Positions 26,968 to 38,898 are shown, counted from the first letter of the whole stretch. The stretch: DNA of 63,389 bases, filler included, from Octopus bimaculoides (GCF_001194135.2; 6 parts of 5 records of this genome joined end to end with filler, not necessarily neighbours in it); one strand, 5' to 3'. Notes: generated by a model not told the origin, from the letters alone. A program made the numbers and translations.

Positions 26968-28239
26968 TAGTGTAGTTATTATTTTTATTATTACGATTAT
27001 TATCTTTTTGTCGTTATCTTTTCATAATATTCATCTCAGTCATTTATATATTTGTGCTCTCAAGGCATAATTTCGACATTCAGGCTATAAACAGCTACAG
27101 AAATAAACATAATAAAACTACAAAGGCACGTGTGTGACGTGTGTATTACATGTCTTCACATAATCTGTAGCCGATCTTGCTATCTAGCTAGACAGAATGC
27201 ATTGAACAATCGTTTTGATAGCTGCTGTTTACCAACTACATCTTACAGCTATCACAATTATCGGCCAACCAGCATGCCAGGCAACGGTCTTGCTTATACA
27301 AACGAAGTCCGCAGAAAGCAATAATCAGTAATCTCTAAATTACAACAAAACATTCTAATGATCATTTTTATCTTCTCTTGCAAACGGTCACTGACCGATT
27401 ACATAGACCCGACCCAAGAGATGGAAGATCATGAAGAGAAACACGTGTTTATATACATACTCGTCTTATAAATGTCGCAATGTTTATAATATCACGATCT
27501 TTCAAATACACACACAAATATTTTCTGAAGCAAACATAGATGTCTTCGAAAGTGTATCAAACACGGATACGCACACTCCTGTACGGACCAACGCATACAT
27601 ACATAACCGCAAATATAGACCCACTCATGCATATAGAAACACTTACACGTACACAAGATATCTGTGTGCGTATATAGAGCAATATTTATATATTTATGTA
27701 TGAAGAGAAGATTAACAGACTTAATGTAATATACAACCATTATCATGTCTAATGAATAATGAATGCCTAATCTCATACAAGCGTCCGACATATTCCCTCA
27801 CCAATACTTTTGAATACGGAGACCTGCACAGACACATGCACGCGTGTGTGTATATATATGTATGTGTGTGTATATACATACATATATATATATATATATA
27901 NNNNNNNNNNNNNNNNNNNNNNNNNNNNNNNNNNNNNNNNNNNNTTAATTAATTAANNNNNNNNNNNNNNNNNNNNNNNNNNNNNNNNNNNNNNNNNNNN
28001 GCGTGCGTGCGTGTGTCTTTGTGTTTGTCCCAACCACCGCTTGATAACAAGTGATGGTCTGTTTACGTCACCGTAACTCAGCGGTTCGGCAAAAGAATAA
28101 ATACCATGCTTTAAAAAAAAAAAAGTAACAGGGTCGTTTTGTTCCAATGAAAGTCGGTATTCCAGCATGGCCGCAGCCTAATAACTAACATGGAATGTTA
28201 TAGATATCGTATTTTACTTATTTATTTAGATCAATGATC

Positions 28240-28893
28240 CTTTCTATTATAGGTACAATGCCTGAAGTTTCGTGGGTGGGGCTAGTTGAATACGTGGACC
28301 CTAGTGCTGGAACATGTTCAGTACTTATTTTATCAACCCCGAAAAGCAAAGTCGACCCTAGCAGAATTAGAACTCGAAATGTGGAGACAGACGAAATGCC
28401 ACAGCATTTTGAGCGGCGTGCTAACGATTCTGCCAGCTCACTGCCTTTTGTTTAGATAAATAATCTCTTGTACTGTAGGTACAAGGTCTGAAATTTTGGG
28501 GGCAGGGGGTAAGTTGATCACATCGAACCCAATACTTGATTGGTACTTAATTTATCGACCCCGAAAGGATGAAAAGTAAAGTCGACCTCGGCGAAATTTG
28601 AACTCAGACTGTAGCAGCAGACGAAATGCTGCGAAGCATTTCGACCGGCGTACTAGCGGTTCTACCAGATTGCCGCCTTTTGTTTAGATTAATAATCCTT
28701 TCTACTTTAGGCACAAGGCCAGAATTTTGGGGATAGGGGGTCAGTCGATTAGATCGACCCAGTACTCAACTGGTACTTAATTTATGAAAGGCAAAGTCGA
28801 CCTCGGTGGAATTTGAACTCAGAGTGTAACAGCAGACGAAATACCACTAAGCATCTCGCCCGGCGTGCTAACGATTCTGCCAGCTAGCCGCCT
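28240..28893 (-). mobile_element. Three tandem family-A SINEs
   Basis: Three ~220-bp head-to-tail units separated by a shared linker CCTTTTGTTTAGATAAATAATC. Confidence 0.88.
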
Positions 28894-28994
28894 TTTGCTT
28901 AAATAAATAATAAAAACTGAAACAGAAGTATTTTGCCCAAAATCCACTGTTAAAAAGTCGCCTGGTGCACCACGATCTGTTTAAAAATAAAATA

Positions 28995-29335
28995 ATGGAG
29001 CACCACCTTGAAGGGCTTTTAGTCGAACAAATCAATCCCAGACTTACTTTTGTTTATCAGTCTTTTTTGGCGAACCGCTAAGTTACGGGGACGTTAGCAC
29101 ACCAACACCAGTTGTCAAGCGGTGATGGTGAGGTGGGGGAGGTGGACAACACAGACACAAAGACACACATACATAGGTGATGGGTTTCTTTCAGTTTCCG
29201 TCTACCAAATACATTCACAAAGGTTTGGTTGGCTCGGGGCTTTAGTAGAAGACAGTTGCCCAAAGTGCCACGCAGTGGGACTGAACCCATAACCATGTGG
29301 TAGGGAAGCAAGCTTCTAACTACAGAACCAACATC
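28995..29335 (-). mobile_element. CORE-like SINE family B
   Basis: Revcomp contains GGTTCAGTCCCACTGCGTGGCACTTTGGGCAA (CORE-like ACCTTGGGCAAGT) and the 3' block. Confidence 0.85.
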
Positions 29336-29376
29336 GAGGTCTCATTCATTCTTTTGTTGTCATACTCTTACTATTA

Positions 29377-29435
<59 letters not shown>

Positions 29436-29499
29436 ATGGTGTGTGTGTTTGCGTGCGCGCGTGTGTGCGCGTATGTATGTATGTATGTATGTATGTATG

Positions 29500-29547
<48 letters not shown>

Positions 29548-30209
29548 GGCTATAGCAGAAGAAACTTGTCCCTTATCCAAAATGCCGTGCAGTGGAACTG
29601 AACCATAGACCGTATGGTTGGGATGTCAGCTTTTTAATCACACAGCCGCGCATGCGCCTACTCTGGCAACACATAAAAGCTACAATATTACTAGATAGCA
29701 GAATTCAACTTAAGCAATAAAGTGAATACTATTAAGGCTTGATTTAGTATAGCAAATGTTAGCTTTGGTTGCTGTTACTGCATTAAATATGTTAACGCTA
29801 GCTTAACTATTGGTTTGCAAATGGATGACGTCTAAATGAAATTTAGTCTCTAAACATGTCTAATACATTTTGTTGGTTTATGCTGATGCAACGAAGTATA
29901 TAATTACGATAGTGTTTGGACGACACTAGAGGTGGAAAAGTCATTTATGACTAACAATTTTAAACTGTAGGAACATATAAAACATAGAGAGCGATAGAGA
30001 AGGAGAGCTAGCGATAGATAGATAGAGAGGGAGAGAGTATTTACAAAAAGCTATCGGGAAGAATTGAAAGCGGGGTTGGTAATGGGATGGGTTCTCGATT
30101 GATTTAAAATCAACGGGAAGCAAAAATAAACTCTGACTAAACCGTAATTATTTTTGTTGTCCTGAAAAATGCAAAACAAAACAGAAAAGAAAAGAAGAAA
30201 TCATTGAGC

Positions 30210-30560
30210 GCAGACGTGGTTGCGTGATTAAGAATAAGCTCAGAACCTCGTTTTGGAACTACGCGGTTTCGAGATCAACCTCACTGTGCGGCACTTTGGG
30301 CAATTGTCTTCAATCACTATAGTTCCAGGCTAGCTAATGCCTTGTGAGTGAATTTTAGTTGATGGAGGATGTGTGGAATCCCGTCTATATCGTTGTAGGA
30401 GTGATTGTGTGGTAGGAAGTTTATTTCCCAATCCCATAGTTTCAGGTTCAGTCCGGCTGCGTGGCACCTTGGTCAAGTGTCTTCTACTACAGCACTGGGC
30501 TGACCAAGGCTTTGTGAGTGGATTTGAATGGTGGAAATTGAAAGAAGCCCGTCGTATATA
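30210..30560 (+). mobile_element. Two tandem family-B SINE heads
   Basis: CACTTTGGGCAATTGTCTTC (30292) and CACCTTGGTCAAGTGTCTTCTACT (30465), followed by GAAAGAAGCCCGTCGTATATA. Confidence 0.8.
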
Positions 30561-30566
30561 TACATT

Positions 30567-30598
<32 letters not shown>

Positions 30599-30907
30599 CA
30601 TATATACATATATACACATACATATATATAAATTAACTCCGACAGAATTTGAACTCAGCGATGATCCAAAGTAATTTTCCCAGGCTNNNNNNNNNNNNNN
30701 NNNNNNNNNNNNNNNNNNNNNNNNNNNNNNNNNNNNNNNNNNNNNNNNNNNNNNNNNNNNNNNNNNNNNNNNNNNNNNNNNNNNNNNNNNNNNNNNNNNN
30801 NNNNNNNNNNNNNNNNNNNNNNNNNNNNNNNNNNNNNNNNNNNNNNNNNNNNNNNNNNNNNNNNNNNNNNNNNNNNNNNNNNNNNNNNNNNNNNNNNNNN
30901 NNNNNNN

Positions 30908-31113
30908 GTACTCAGAAACCTGGATGTTTGTACATTTACAGATTTTTATTAATGTCACATATTAAATGAAGCGCTTTTCACCTAGTCGTGTAGGTTTTTC
31001 AAATTGTTTCAAAACAATTTGAAAAACCTACACGACTAGGTGAAGAGCGCTTCATTTAATATGTGACATTAATAAAAATCTGTAAATGTACAAACATCCA
31101 GGTTTCTGAGTAC
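30908..31113. repeat. 206-bp near-perfect hairpin (102-bp arms, 2-nt loop); candidate Kolobok-type fold-back MITE
   Basis: Arms 30908-31009 and 31012-31113 differ at one position; followed by C-TTAA. The left boundary is a gap. Confidence 0.8.
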
Positions 31114-31167
31114 CTTAATTAATTTTTTTCTATATAATTTCTGTACATCACCTCCAAACCTTCAAAC

Positions 31168-31201
<34 letters not shown>

Positions 31202-31254
31202 GTATGTGTGTGTGTGCATATATACATATATACACATACATATATATAAATTAA

Positions 31255-31460
31255 CTCCGACAGAATTTGAACTCAGCGATGATCCAAAGTAATTTTCCCA
31301 GGCTGGCGATTCCGCCAGCTCGGTGCTTTTAATAATTTAAGCACGAGGCCAGCAATTTTGGGAAGAGGGTTTAGTTGATGCCATCAGCTCTGGTATGTGT
31401 CAATCACTTTATTTTGGCAAACTTGAAAGGATGAAAGACAAAGTTCATCTTAGAAAATTA
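31255..31460 (-). mobile_element. Family-A SINE fragments
   Basis: GAATTTGAACTCAG..GCCAGCTC head remnant and GGCCAGCAATTT tail remnant. Confidence 0.6.
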
Positions 31461-31849
31461 CTATTTGTAAATCTCACAACGAGAGATATTCAGCAACAGT
31501 ACTTTGGAGTAAAGATTGTTTGCCAACATAACATGGCAGCCCTATATCCGGATTACAAATTTACATTTATACCAATAATAATTGCAGCACTTTGTTTTGT
31601 AAGTAAATGGTTAACTGTCAGTTTGGATAAGATCGGATCTCCAGAAAAAGAAATCCACCAACTGACTCCCACATTACAAATACAATCTGTAAGCGGAATT
31701 GTAAAACTCTGCAAGACTTTTCTCAGGTTTAAAAATGTGACAGTCTTATTGTTATCTACATTCCAACGACGGAGCTTTGTATCTTTATTAAAGACCAGCT
31801 TCTCTAAAGGAAGTGTCTAAATAAAAAGAGAAAAGAAAATACATACATA

Positions 31850-32646
31850 CGAGGTGTGTTCAAAAATCATCCGACTTTTTTCATGTCCAAAGGATATAAA
31901 AAAAGAACAAAACAATTTCGTACATTTCAAAAATTTTATTCAGTCTGCTTCAAAATACTACCCTTGGAAGTTCATACTCTTCTGCAGATGGCTCTGCCAC
32001 GGCTGGTAACACCTCTGGAATGCCTTCTCTAGAATACTATGGAGCTTCGCCGTCGCTTTACTCATAATTTCCTCTTGCGACTCAAACCGCTTCCCTTCCA
32101 GCGTGGTTTTCAGTTTGGGGAAGAGCCAAAAGTCACACGGTACCAAGTCGGGTGAATAGGGAGCCTCTCGAACCAGTAGTGTGTTGTTCTTGACCAAGAA
32201 AGCTTGGATTACAGGTTGCCGAACCTTCTCAATCGTTTCCTCCTTTCACTTTGTGGATGGCCTGCCTGAGCATGCCTCGCTCTCCACTGAAGTGCAGCCA
32301 TATTTGAACTGGTTGTACCACTCATTGATCTGAGTTTTGCCCATGGCATAATGCCAAAGCCTTGCTGAATCTTCTGGATAGTTTGAGCTTGAGTATCACA
32401 AAAAGTTTGGCAAAACTTGACGCAATATTCCTGCTCGATGCGTTCGGTCATCTTGTTTGAAAACGAAAATCCGACGAGCACTACTCATCTGTACTCTTGG
32501 CGTAACAGCAAGAGCTGACGCCGCCTACCGGCGAAAAAGTTTTCACGCAGGAAGAGTGGTGTCACCTCACACCCAACGGATTTTGCCCACGCGACATTAG
32601 TTTTGGCGAGAAAAAATAAAATCCGATACTTTTTGAATGAACCTTG
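31850..32646 (-). mobile_element. Internally deleted mariner (non-autonomous, 797 bp)
   Basis: TA flanks and TIR pair. N-terminal HTH (MTERIEQEYCVKFC..SGRPST) joined to the C-terminus (APYSPDLVPCDFWLFPKLK); most of the catalytic core is missing. Confidence 0.92.
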
Positions 32647-32674
32647 TACACACACACACACACACACACATACA

Positions 32675-32930
32675 CAAGGGTAAAGGCCACCTTCAAGTCA
32701 CAAATGACCATGGGATTGTGCCTAGAAATTTTATGGAAGACCATGCATACCTGCCTCTCTTCTCCACGTCACTGATGTTATTCAAGGAAAAGGCAAAGGT
32801 CGATACAGCTTGGCACCAGTGATATTGCAACTCATTTTTACACCTGAGCAAACTGGAGCAACATGAAATAAAGTGTCTTGCTCAACAACATGACATACAA
32901 CCCGGTCGAGAAGTCGAACTCACAATTGTA
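32675..32930 (-). mobile_element. SINE family D (TTGAGCAAGACACTTTATTTCATGTTGCTCCAG block)
   Basis: Revcomp has a B-box-like GAGTTCGACTTC followed by this conserved block. Related decayed copies at 11885-12065 (-) and 22790-22950 (-). Confidence 0.6.
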
Positions 32931-34747
32931 AGCCTGGGTCGGTGATAGCGCTATAGTGTACAGACAATGTATAATGACAAATATATACTCACTTGTTCTT
33001 CGGTTATGCACACGTTCACAAGAGGCTGATAGAATACACAGCGAGTCATCACGGTCACTCATGGATACACTCACTGCTCCTATTGCATCACCGTCTATAG
33101 ACTCCAGATCCAAACGAGTTGCAAGTTCCGAGTTAGGTGAAAAGTAGACAATAACAACAGCTGTTTCAGACGTGTTTTTCTTTTAATTGAAGAACAGAAA
33201 TGTTACATCATGCAAAAATAATATCTGTTTTCATCAGGTGAATACAAGTAAAAATTAACAGTTAGAATTTCTCAAGAACAAGTACATAATGCCAGATGAC
33301 TCGGTCGACCCAAATTCGGCGAAAGGTCTTATTGTTAATTCTTATATATATATATATATNNNNNNNNNNNNNNNNNNNNNNNNNNNNNNNNNNNNNNNNN
33401 NNNNNNNNNNNNNNNNNNNNNNNNNNNNNNNNNNNNNNNNNNNNNNNNNNNNNNNNNNNNNNNNNNNNNNNNNNNNNNNNNNNNNNNNNNNNNNNNNNNN
33501 NNNNNNNNNNNNNNNNNNNNNNNNNNNNNNNNNNNNNNNNNNNNNNNNNNNNNNNNNNNNNNNNNNNNNNNNNNNNNNNNNNNNNNNNNNNNNNNNNNNN
33601 NNNNNNNNNNNNNNNNNNNNNNNNNNNNNNNNNNNNNNNNNNNNNNNNNNNNNNNNNNNNNNNNNNNNNNNNNNNNNNNNNNNNNNNNNNNNNNNNNNNN
33701 NNNNNNNNNNNNNNNNNNNNNNNNNNNNNNNNNNNNNNNNNNNNNNNNNNNNNNNNNNNNNNNNNNNNNNNNNNNNNNNNNNNNNNNNNNNNNNNNNNNN
33801 NNNNNNNNNNNNNNNNNNNNNNNNNNNNNNNNNNNNNNNNNNNNNNNNNNNNNNNNNNNNNNNNNNNNNNNNNNNNNNNNNNNNNNNNNNTTTAGGCTTT
33901 TTTTTTTAGAAAAAATATTTATTTTGTAGGTCTGTTGTTTCTCTACAGCTTTTGTATATGACGTTTGAAATTTGAATAAATTTTTTAAAACTCATTTGAC
34001 AATAGAATTCCAAATAGACAAAACAAAAAAGAGAAAAAAAGAAACCGAACGAATTTATCTTTCATTAAGACGATGGAATAATGTGCGAAAGACAAGCAAA
34101 AACCACCAAGAATTCTGTTCACAATGTTTCTTCGTGGAAGTGTAAAGCATAACACGAAGATCACTGGAAAACTTTGGTAATTACAGTTTTCCGTGATGGA
34201 TCGATGCAATTGTTCAGACCAAAATTATTTTCATGTGCGTGTGCGCCCGCGCGCCTGTGTGTATGCGTGCATGTGTATGTCTCTGTATGTGTGTGTGCAT
34301 GTGTGTGTGCGAATGTGTCTGCATGTATCTATATGTGTATATATATATATGTATGTGAGTGTATGCGTGTGTAAAAGTTTTCTGTATATTTTACTGATTT
34401 ATTGTGATATATATTAATTAAATTTATTTGTAGCAGTCTGCTGCGTCGCACACTTCGGTCGATGTCGTCGTCATCATCAGCGACGTCGTTGTCGTCGGCG
34501 GTGGCGTCGCTGTTGTTGCTGTTGCTGTTGTTGTTGTTGGTGGTGGTGATGTTTTTTAATTTACAGTCCAACCTGATTGAGTTGATCATTAATTAAAAGT
34601 TATTCTAGACGTGACCATCTCGTCTTATTTATTTTTTTCCCAAATGTTTTTTTAAATCTGTTATATCCTTCTATTTTATTTGTTTTTGGACGGTTTTTCA
34701 TGCTTTAAGATTATTATTATTATTATTCAATATACAGCAACATCTGC

Positions 34748-35143
34748 TCAATGGTCAAATTGAATGGTCACATATGGGAATCGTTAAGCATCGCACGTTC
34801 GGTCCGTCAAGAATGCCCACTCTCGTCCCTTCTGTACATGTTGGATCTCGAACCATTTCTAAAAAAGCTTGATGTTTCGAAGGGAATCCCGTGTGAACTA
34901 GGACGCGGAAGATTCGTGTCAACGACATCACCGAAATAGCGTCGGACATCTCGGAAATCGAAGTGATCGGCGTCACCCTAAGAGAATACGAAGCAGAGAC
35001 AGAGGCAAAGATTAACCAGGAGAAGTCAGTTTGTTTGCAGCTCGGTACCTTGAGAAGCAGGTCCGTGGCAACCAAGAGTTTTATGAGGTATTGGACGGAA
35101 GGACCCGGTTAAATTACTCGGGATCCGGGGTCCGGACCTCTAG
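34748..35143 (+). mobile_element. Tx1/L1-clade RT fragment (second family member, 5' block)
   Basis: SVRQECPLSSLLYMLDLEPFL, then REYEAETEAKINQEKSVCLQLGT; homologous to the RT end of the 46-47 kb element. Confidence 0.85.
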
Positions 35144-35331
35144 ATACGCATGCACGCATACACACGCGCGCGCGCGAGCGCACACGCACATGAAAATAAT
35201 TTTGGTCTGAACAATTGCATCGATCCATCACGGAAAACTGTAATTACCAAAGTTTACCAGTGATCTTCGTGTTATGCTTTACACTTCCACGAAGAAACAT
35301 TGTGAACAGAATTCTTGGTGGTTTTTGCTTG
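35144..35331 (-). repeat. Inverted copy of local sequence 34093-34278
   Basis: One mismatch over ~150 bp of non-microsatellite sequence; the other differences are confined to the GC/GT-repeat end. Confidence 0.95.
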
Positions 35332-35700
35332 GTGGTATCTGATATCTAGAGTATCATCAGGCGCTCACACTCCTCTGTCAGTTGGGAAATGCGGTTGATG
35401 GAAGTCTCACTCAGGCGTTCTGTAGAAGGTTAGTGGTTGGCTTGTGTGACGACGTTCTTCGGGGAACTCTGGGTGTTGATGAGAATCAACTGGGTGACCT
35501 GTTCTGGAGGATTTTCGGGCCGAGGCCTATCGATATTTCTAGATATCCTTGGTCTTGCAGATACTTTCCACCCTAACCAAGGCCTCATTATCTTTTTCAA
35601 GTTTTACTTGAAAAGGAAAGCGGGGTGGAGTGGAAAACGCTGCGTTTGAGCAGTTTTGTTGAAAGGTGGGTGTATGTAAGAATGATCCGTGTGAACGTGT
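35332..35700 (+). mobile_element. Tx1/L1-clade ORF2 C-terminal fragment
   Basis: NQGLIIFFKFYLKRK..VEWKTL..SSFVERWVYV resembles a Tx1 ORF2 C-terminus. Separated from the 5' block by a deletion filled with a locally templated insert. Confidence 0.7.
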
Positions 35701-35724
35701 CTACGCTAAACATGCGCCTGTCTC

Positions 35725-36063
35725 TACGTTCTGAGTTCAAATTCCTCCGAGGTCGACTTTACCTTTCATCTTTTCGGGGTTGATAAAATAGACACCAGTC
35801 GAGCACTGGGGCCGATGTAATCCACTGGCTCCAACTCCCCAAATTTCAGGCCTTGTGCCTAGATTAGAAAAGAATATTGGCTTCAAATGTTGGCACAAGG
35901 CCAGCAATTTCGAGGGGAGGTGATAAGTCGATTGCATCGACTCCAGTGCTCGACTGCTACTTATTTTATCGACCCCACGAAAGGATGAAAGGCAAAGTAG
36001 ACCTCAGCGGATTTTGAACTCAGAACAAGAATTTTGCCCGGCGTGCTAACAATTCTGTCAGCC
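35725..36063. mobile_element. Two family-A SINEs, tail to tail
   Basis: Same architecture and junction as 6495-6915. Confidence 0.85.
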
Positions 36064-36700
36064 NNNNNNNNNNNNNNNNNNNNNNNNNNNNNNNNNNNNN
36101 NNNNNNNNNNNNNNNNNNNNNNNNNNNNNNNNNNNNNNNNNNNNNNNNNNNNNNNNNNNNNNNNNNNNNNNNNNNNNNNNNNNNNNNNNNNNNNNNNNNN
36201 NNNNNNNNNNNNNNNNNNNNNNNNNNNNNNNNNNNNNNNNNNNNNNNNNNNNNNNNNNNNNNNNNNNNNNNNNNNNNNNNNNNNNNNNNNNNNNNNNNNN
36301 NNNNNNNNNNNNNNNNNNNNNNNNNNNNNNNNNNNNNNNNNNNNNNNNNNNNNNNNNNNNNNNNNNNNNNNNNNNNNNNNNNNNNNNNNNNNNNNNNNNN
36401 NNNNNNNNNNNNNNNNNNNNNNNNNNNNNNNNNNNNNNNNNNNNNNNNNNNNNNNNNNNNNNNNNNNNNNNNNNNNNNNNNNNNNNNNNNNNNNNNNNNN
36501 NNNNNNNNNNNNNNNNNNNNNNNNNNNNNNNNNNNNNNNNNNNNNNNNNNNNNNNNNNNNNNNNNNNNNNNNNNNNNNNNNNNNNNNNNNNNNNNNNNNN
36601 NNNNNNNNNNNNNNNNNNNNNNNNNNNNNNNNNNNNNNNNNNNNNNNNNNNNNNNNNNNNNNNNNNNNNNNNNNNNNNNNNNNNNNNNNNNNNNNNNNNN

Positions 36701-36735
<35 letters not shown>

Positions 36736-36984
36736 GAGAATGTACGAAAAAGCAACAACAGACGAGGACAGGTGGTGTAAATAACAAAAGGATGTATTAG
36801 TATGACGCTCGGGAATACGGAAAGTCTTTGACGTTTCGAGCTACGCTCTTCAACAGAAAGAATACGGAGACAAGGAGAAAAACACGGAGAAAAAAAATGG
36901 AGAAAAAAAATTGGGAGAAAAAAAAATTGAGGAAAAAAAATTGAATAGTGTTCAGTCAACGGTCAATCAAATGCACACACACAC

Positions 36985-37285
36985 ACATATATATACATAT
37001 GTATGTATGTAAGTATGTATGTATATCTTTGAGTTAATGTGTGTGCCCCACCACACCGATCGATAACCGGTGATGGTTTGTTTATGTGTCCGTAACGTAG
37101 CGTTTCGGCAAAGGAGATCAAATAGAATACGTAGTAGACTAAATATGAAAGACGTAAAAAAAACAAAAACCCCCCAAAAAAGTACTGGGGTCGATTTGCT
37201 CAACTAAGACTCTCCCAAGCGGTGCCCCAGCGTGGCCGCGGTCCAATGACTGTAACAAAACGAAAAGAAGAAAATAAAAAATAAA
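36985..37285 (+). mobile_element. Family-B SINE 3' half
   Basis: CGATAACCGGTGATGGTTTG..CGGCAAA..GGGGTCGATTTGCTCAACTAA..GCGGTGCCCCAGCGTGGCCGC. Similar fragments at 57-110, 28001-28190, 51835-52030 (-), 55035-55095 (-) and 57240-57408 (-); heads at 15810-15918 (-), 23085-23205 (-) and 29548-29660 (-). Confidence 0.8.
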
Positions 37286-37917
37286 AAACAGTCGGACAGA
37301 AAGTGCATCAGTTTCTCAGTGGGGTGGGGGTGTAACAGAACCTCAATTTGGGTTAACATCACCAACTGGCCAACGGCTGCCTTTTAGTGGGGGTCAAAAA
37401 AAAAAACAAAACAATCACGACCTTTGTAAATATTCGAACCGAATCTCTCGAATGACGATGATAATGAATAATAATGACTCGATACTTCGACACCGTGTCT
37501 CTTTTAGCAGCAAATCCGTGTGACGTGATTTCTTCTCATTCTCCAGTCTCGCTGTCTTTCTGACTAAGCTTACAATAAGTCAATTGATTTAGTTTCGTTC
37601 CACCGCAGGGAATGGCTTTATCCATTACAAAAGGATCAAAGGTCAAGTTAATCCTGACGGGATTTGAACTGAAGACACAGAAATAAGAGATTAAAATACA
37701 GTTAAGCCGTTTTCAACGTCTCTGTCAAATCATCACCCATTATTCCATGTAGAATATTGATTTGGTTTTAGAATAACTGCAATAGGATTTCTTGCTTGAC
37801 TCTACAAACTGGAAAACACAAATAGTAGGCTGCATCGACCTCGGTGTGTGTGTGTGTGTGTGTGTGTACCATTGTATGTGTGTGTACAGTGCGTGCATGT
37901 ATGTATGTATGCATATA

Positions 37918-38017
37918 NNNNNNNNNNNNNNNNNNNNNNNNNNNNNNNNNNNNNNNNNNNNTTAATTAATTAANNNNNNNNNNNNNNNNNNNNNNNNNNN
38001 NNNNNNNNNNNNNNNNN
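37918..38017. other. Assembly join: 100-bp N block with central TTAATTAATTAA six-frame-stop linker
   Basis: The same 12-mer sits inside 100-bp N blocks at 27946, 37962, 50129, 58517 and 62186. It is artificial, so order and distance across these joins are unknown. Confidence 0.92.
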
Positions 38018-38345
38018 ATGCATCACTACACATGTTGATGCCCAGATCTCTCACTGTTTGTGGTTCTGGGATTGCAGTACCTCCAGGCCCTGTGTATGCC
38101 AGTTGGGAGGTACTTGTGGTCTTGTAGCGCAGTACTTGAAATTTTTTTGCATTGAACTGCATATTATTTTGCTCTGCCCACTCATATATTGCATTTAGGT
38201 CATTCTGCAGGCTTACAATATCATCAGGATTCTTTATTGCCGGAGATATCTTTGTGTCATCAGCATAGCTAGTGACAGTGGCTCTCCGAGTGACCGTGGG
38301 CATGTCCAGAAGGGCCACTATGAACAGTAGTGGCCCCAGAACAGT
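38018..38345 (-). mobile_element. CR1/Jockey-group LINE reverse-transcriptase fragment
   Basis: TVLGPLLFI..YADDTKI..LQNDLNAIYEWAEQNNMQFNAKKFQVL..VRDLGI; truncated at an assembly join. Confidence 0.88.
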
Positions 38346-38864
38346 GATATACTAGCAGACACTCGCTTCTAGTATAGTGGTTGAGAAGCATTATTGTATA
38401 CATTGATTTTATCGTGTGTCTTCTAGTGTGCGTGTTTGTACATGTTATATTTAACTGATATGTTATATGTATGTGTGTATGTACGTATGTATGCCTGCAT
38501 GAATGTATGTTTCTCCGTATGTATGTAATTATGTATGTATGTATGTATGTATGTATGTGCACTGCAGCTCTCATTTTGCGCACTGTCTAAAAACGGGTTT
38601 CTAAGTATTTTGTGCAAATGAGTTCTTGCGTGTAAGTCTGTGAAGTTGTTTATTGATGAAAAACCAGTAAACCTGTATATAATAATATCATACCTCATCA
38701 AGGCAACCAATCAGGTTTTAATAATGATAGAACTGGTAACAGCATAAACTATACCGTTAACGGTTACTACCTACATTCAATCGCTTTATCTCCAGAATAG
38801 AACACAGTCTTTACTTGTCACAACCAAACCTGTTTGATTTTTCTTCGAACTAAGTGCATCGAAA

Positions 38865-38898
38865 ATGGACGGAATTTTGCCTCGATACATATTTGTTG
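38865..38898 (+). CDS. Predicted coding exon 1 of a secreted cysteine-rich protein (MDGILPRYIFV, start of signal peptide)
   Basis: ATG in good context (gaaaATGG). Donor GTTG|gtaaag at 38899 is phase 1 and joins in frame to the exon at 42840. An upstream acceptor-like site ctttatctccag| (38795) suggests the exon may begin at 38796 with 5'UTR. Confidence 0.6.

Noticed and set aside
30563-31303. Identical ~125-bp direct repeat flanking a gap (30563-30686 and 31180-31303)
   Set aside because: Same contig-end redundancy pattern, so not treated as a biological duplication.
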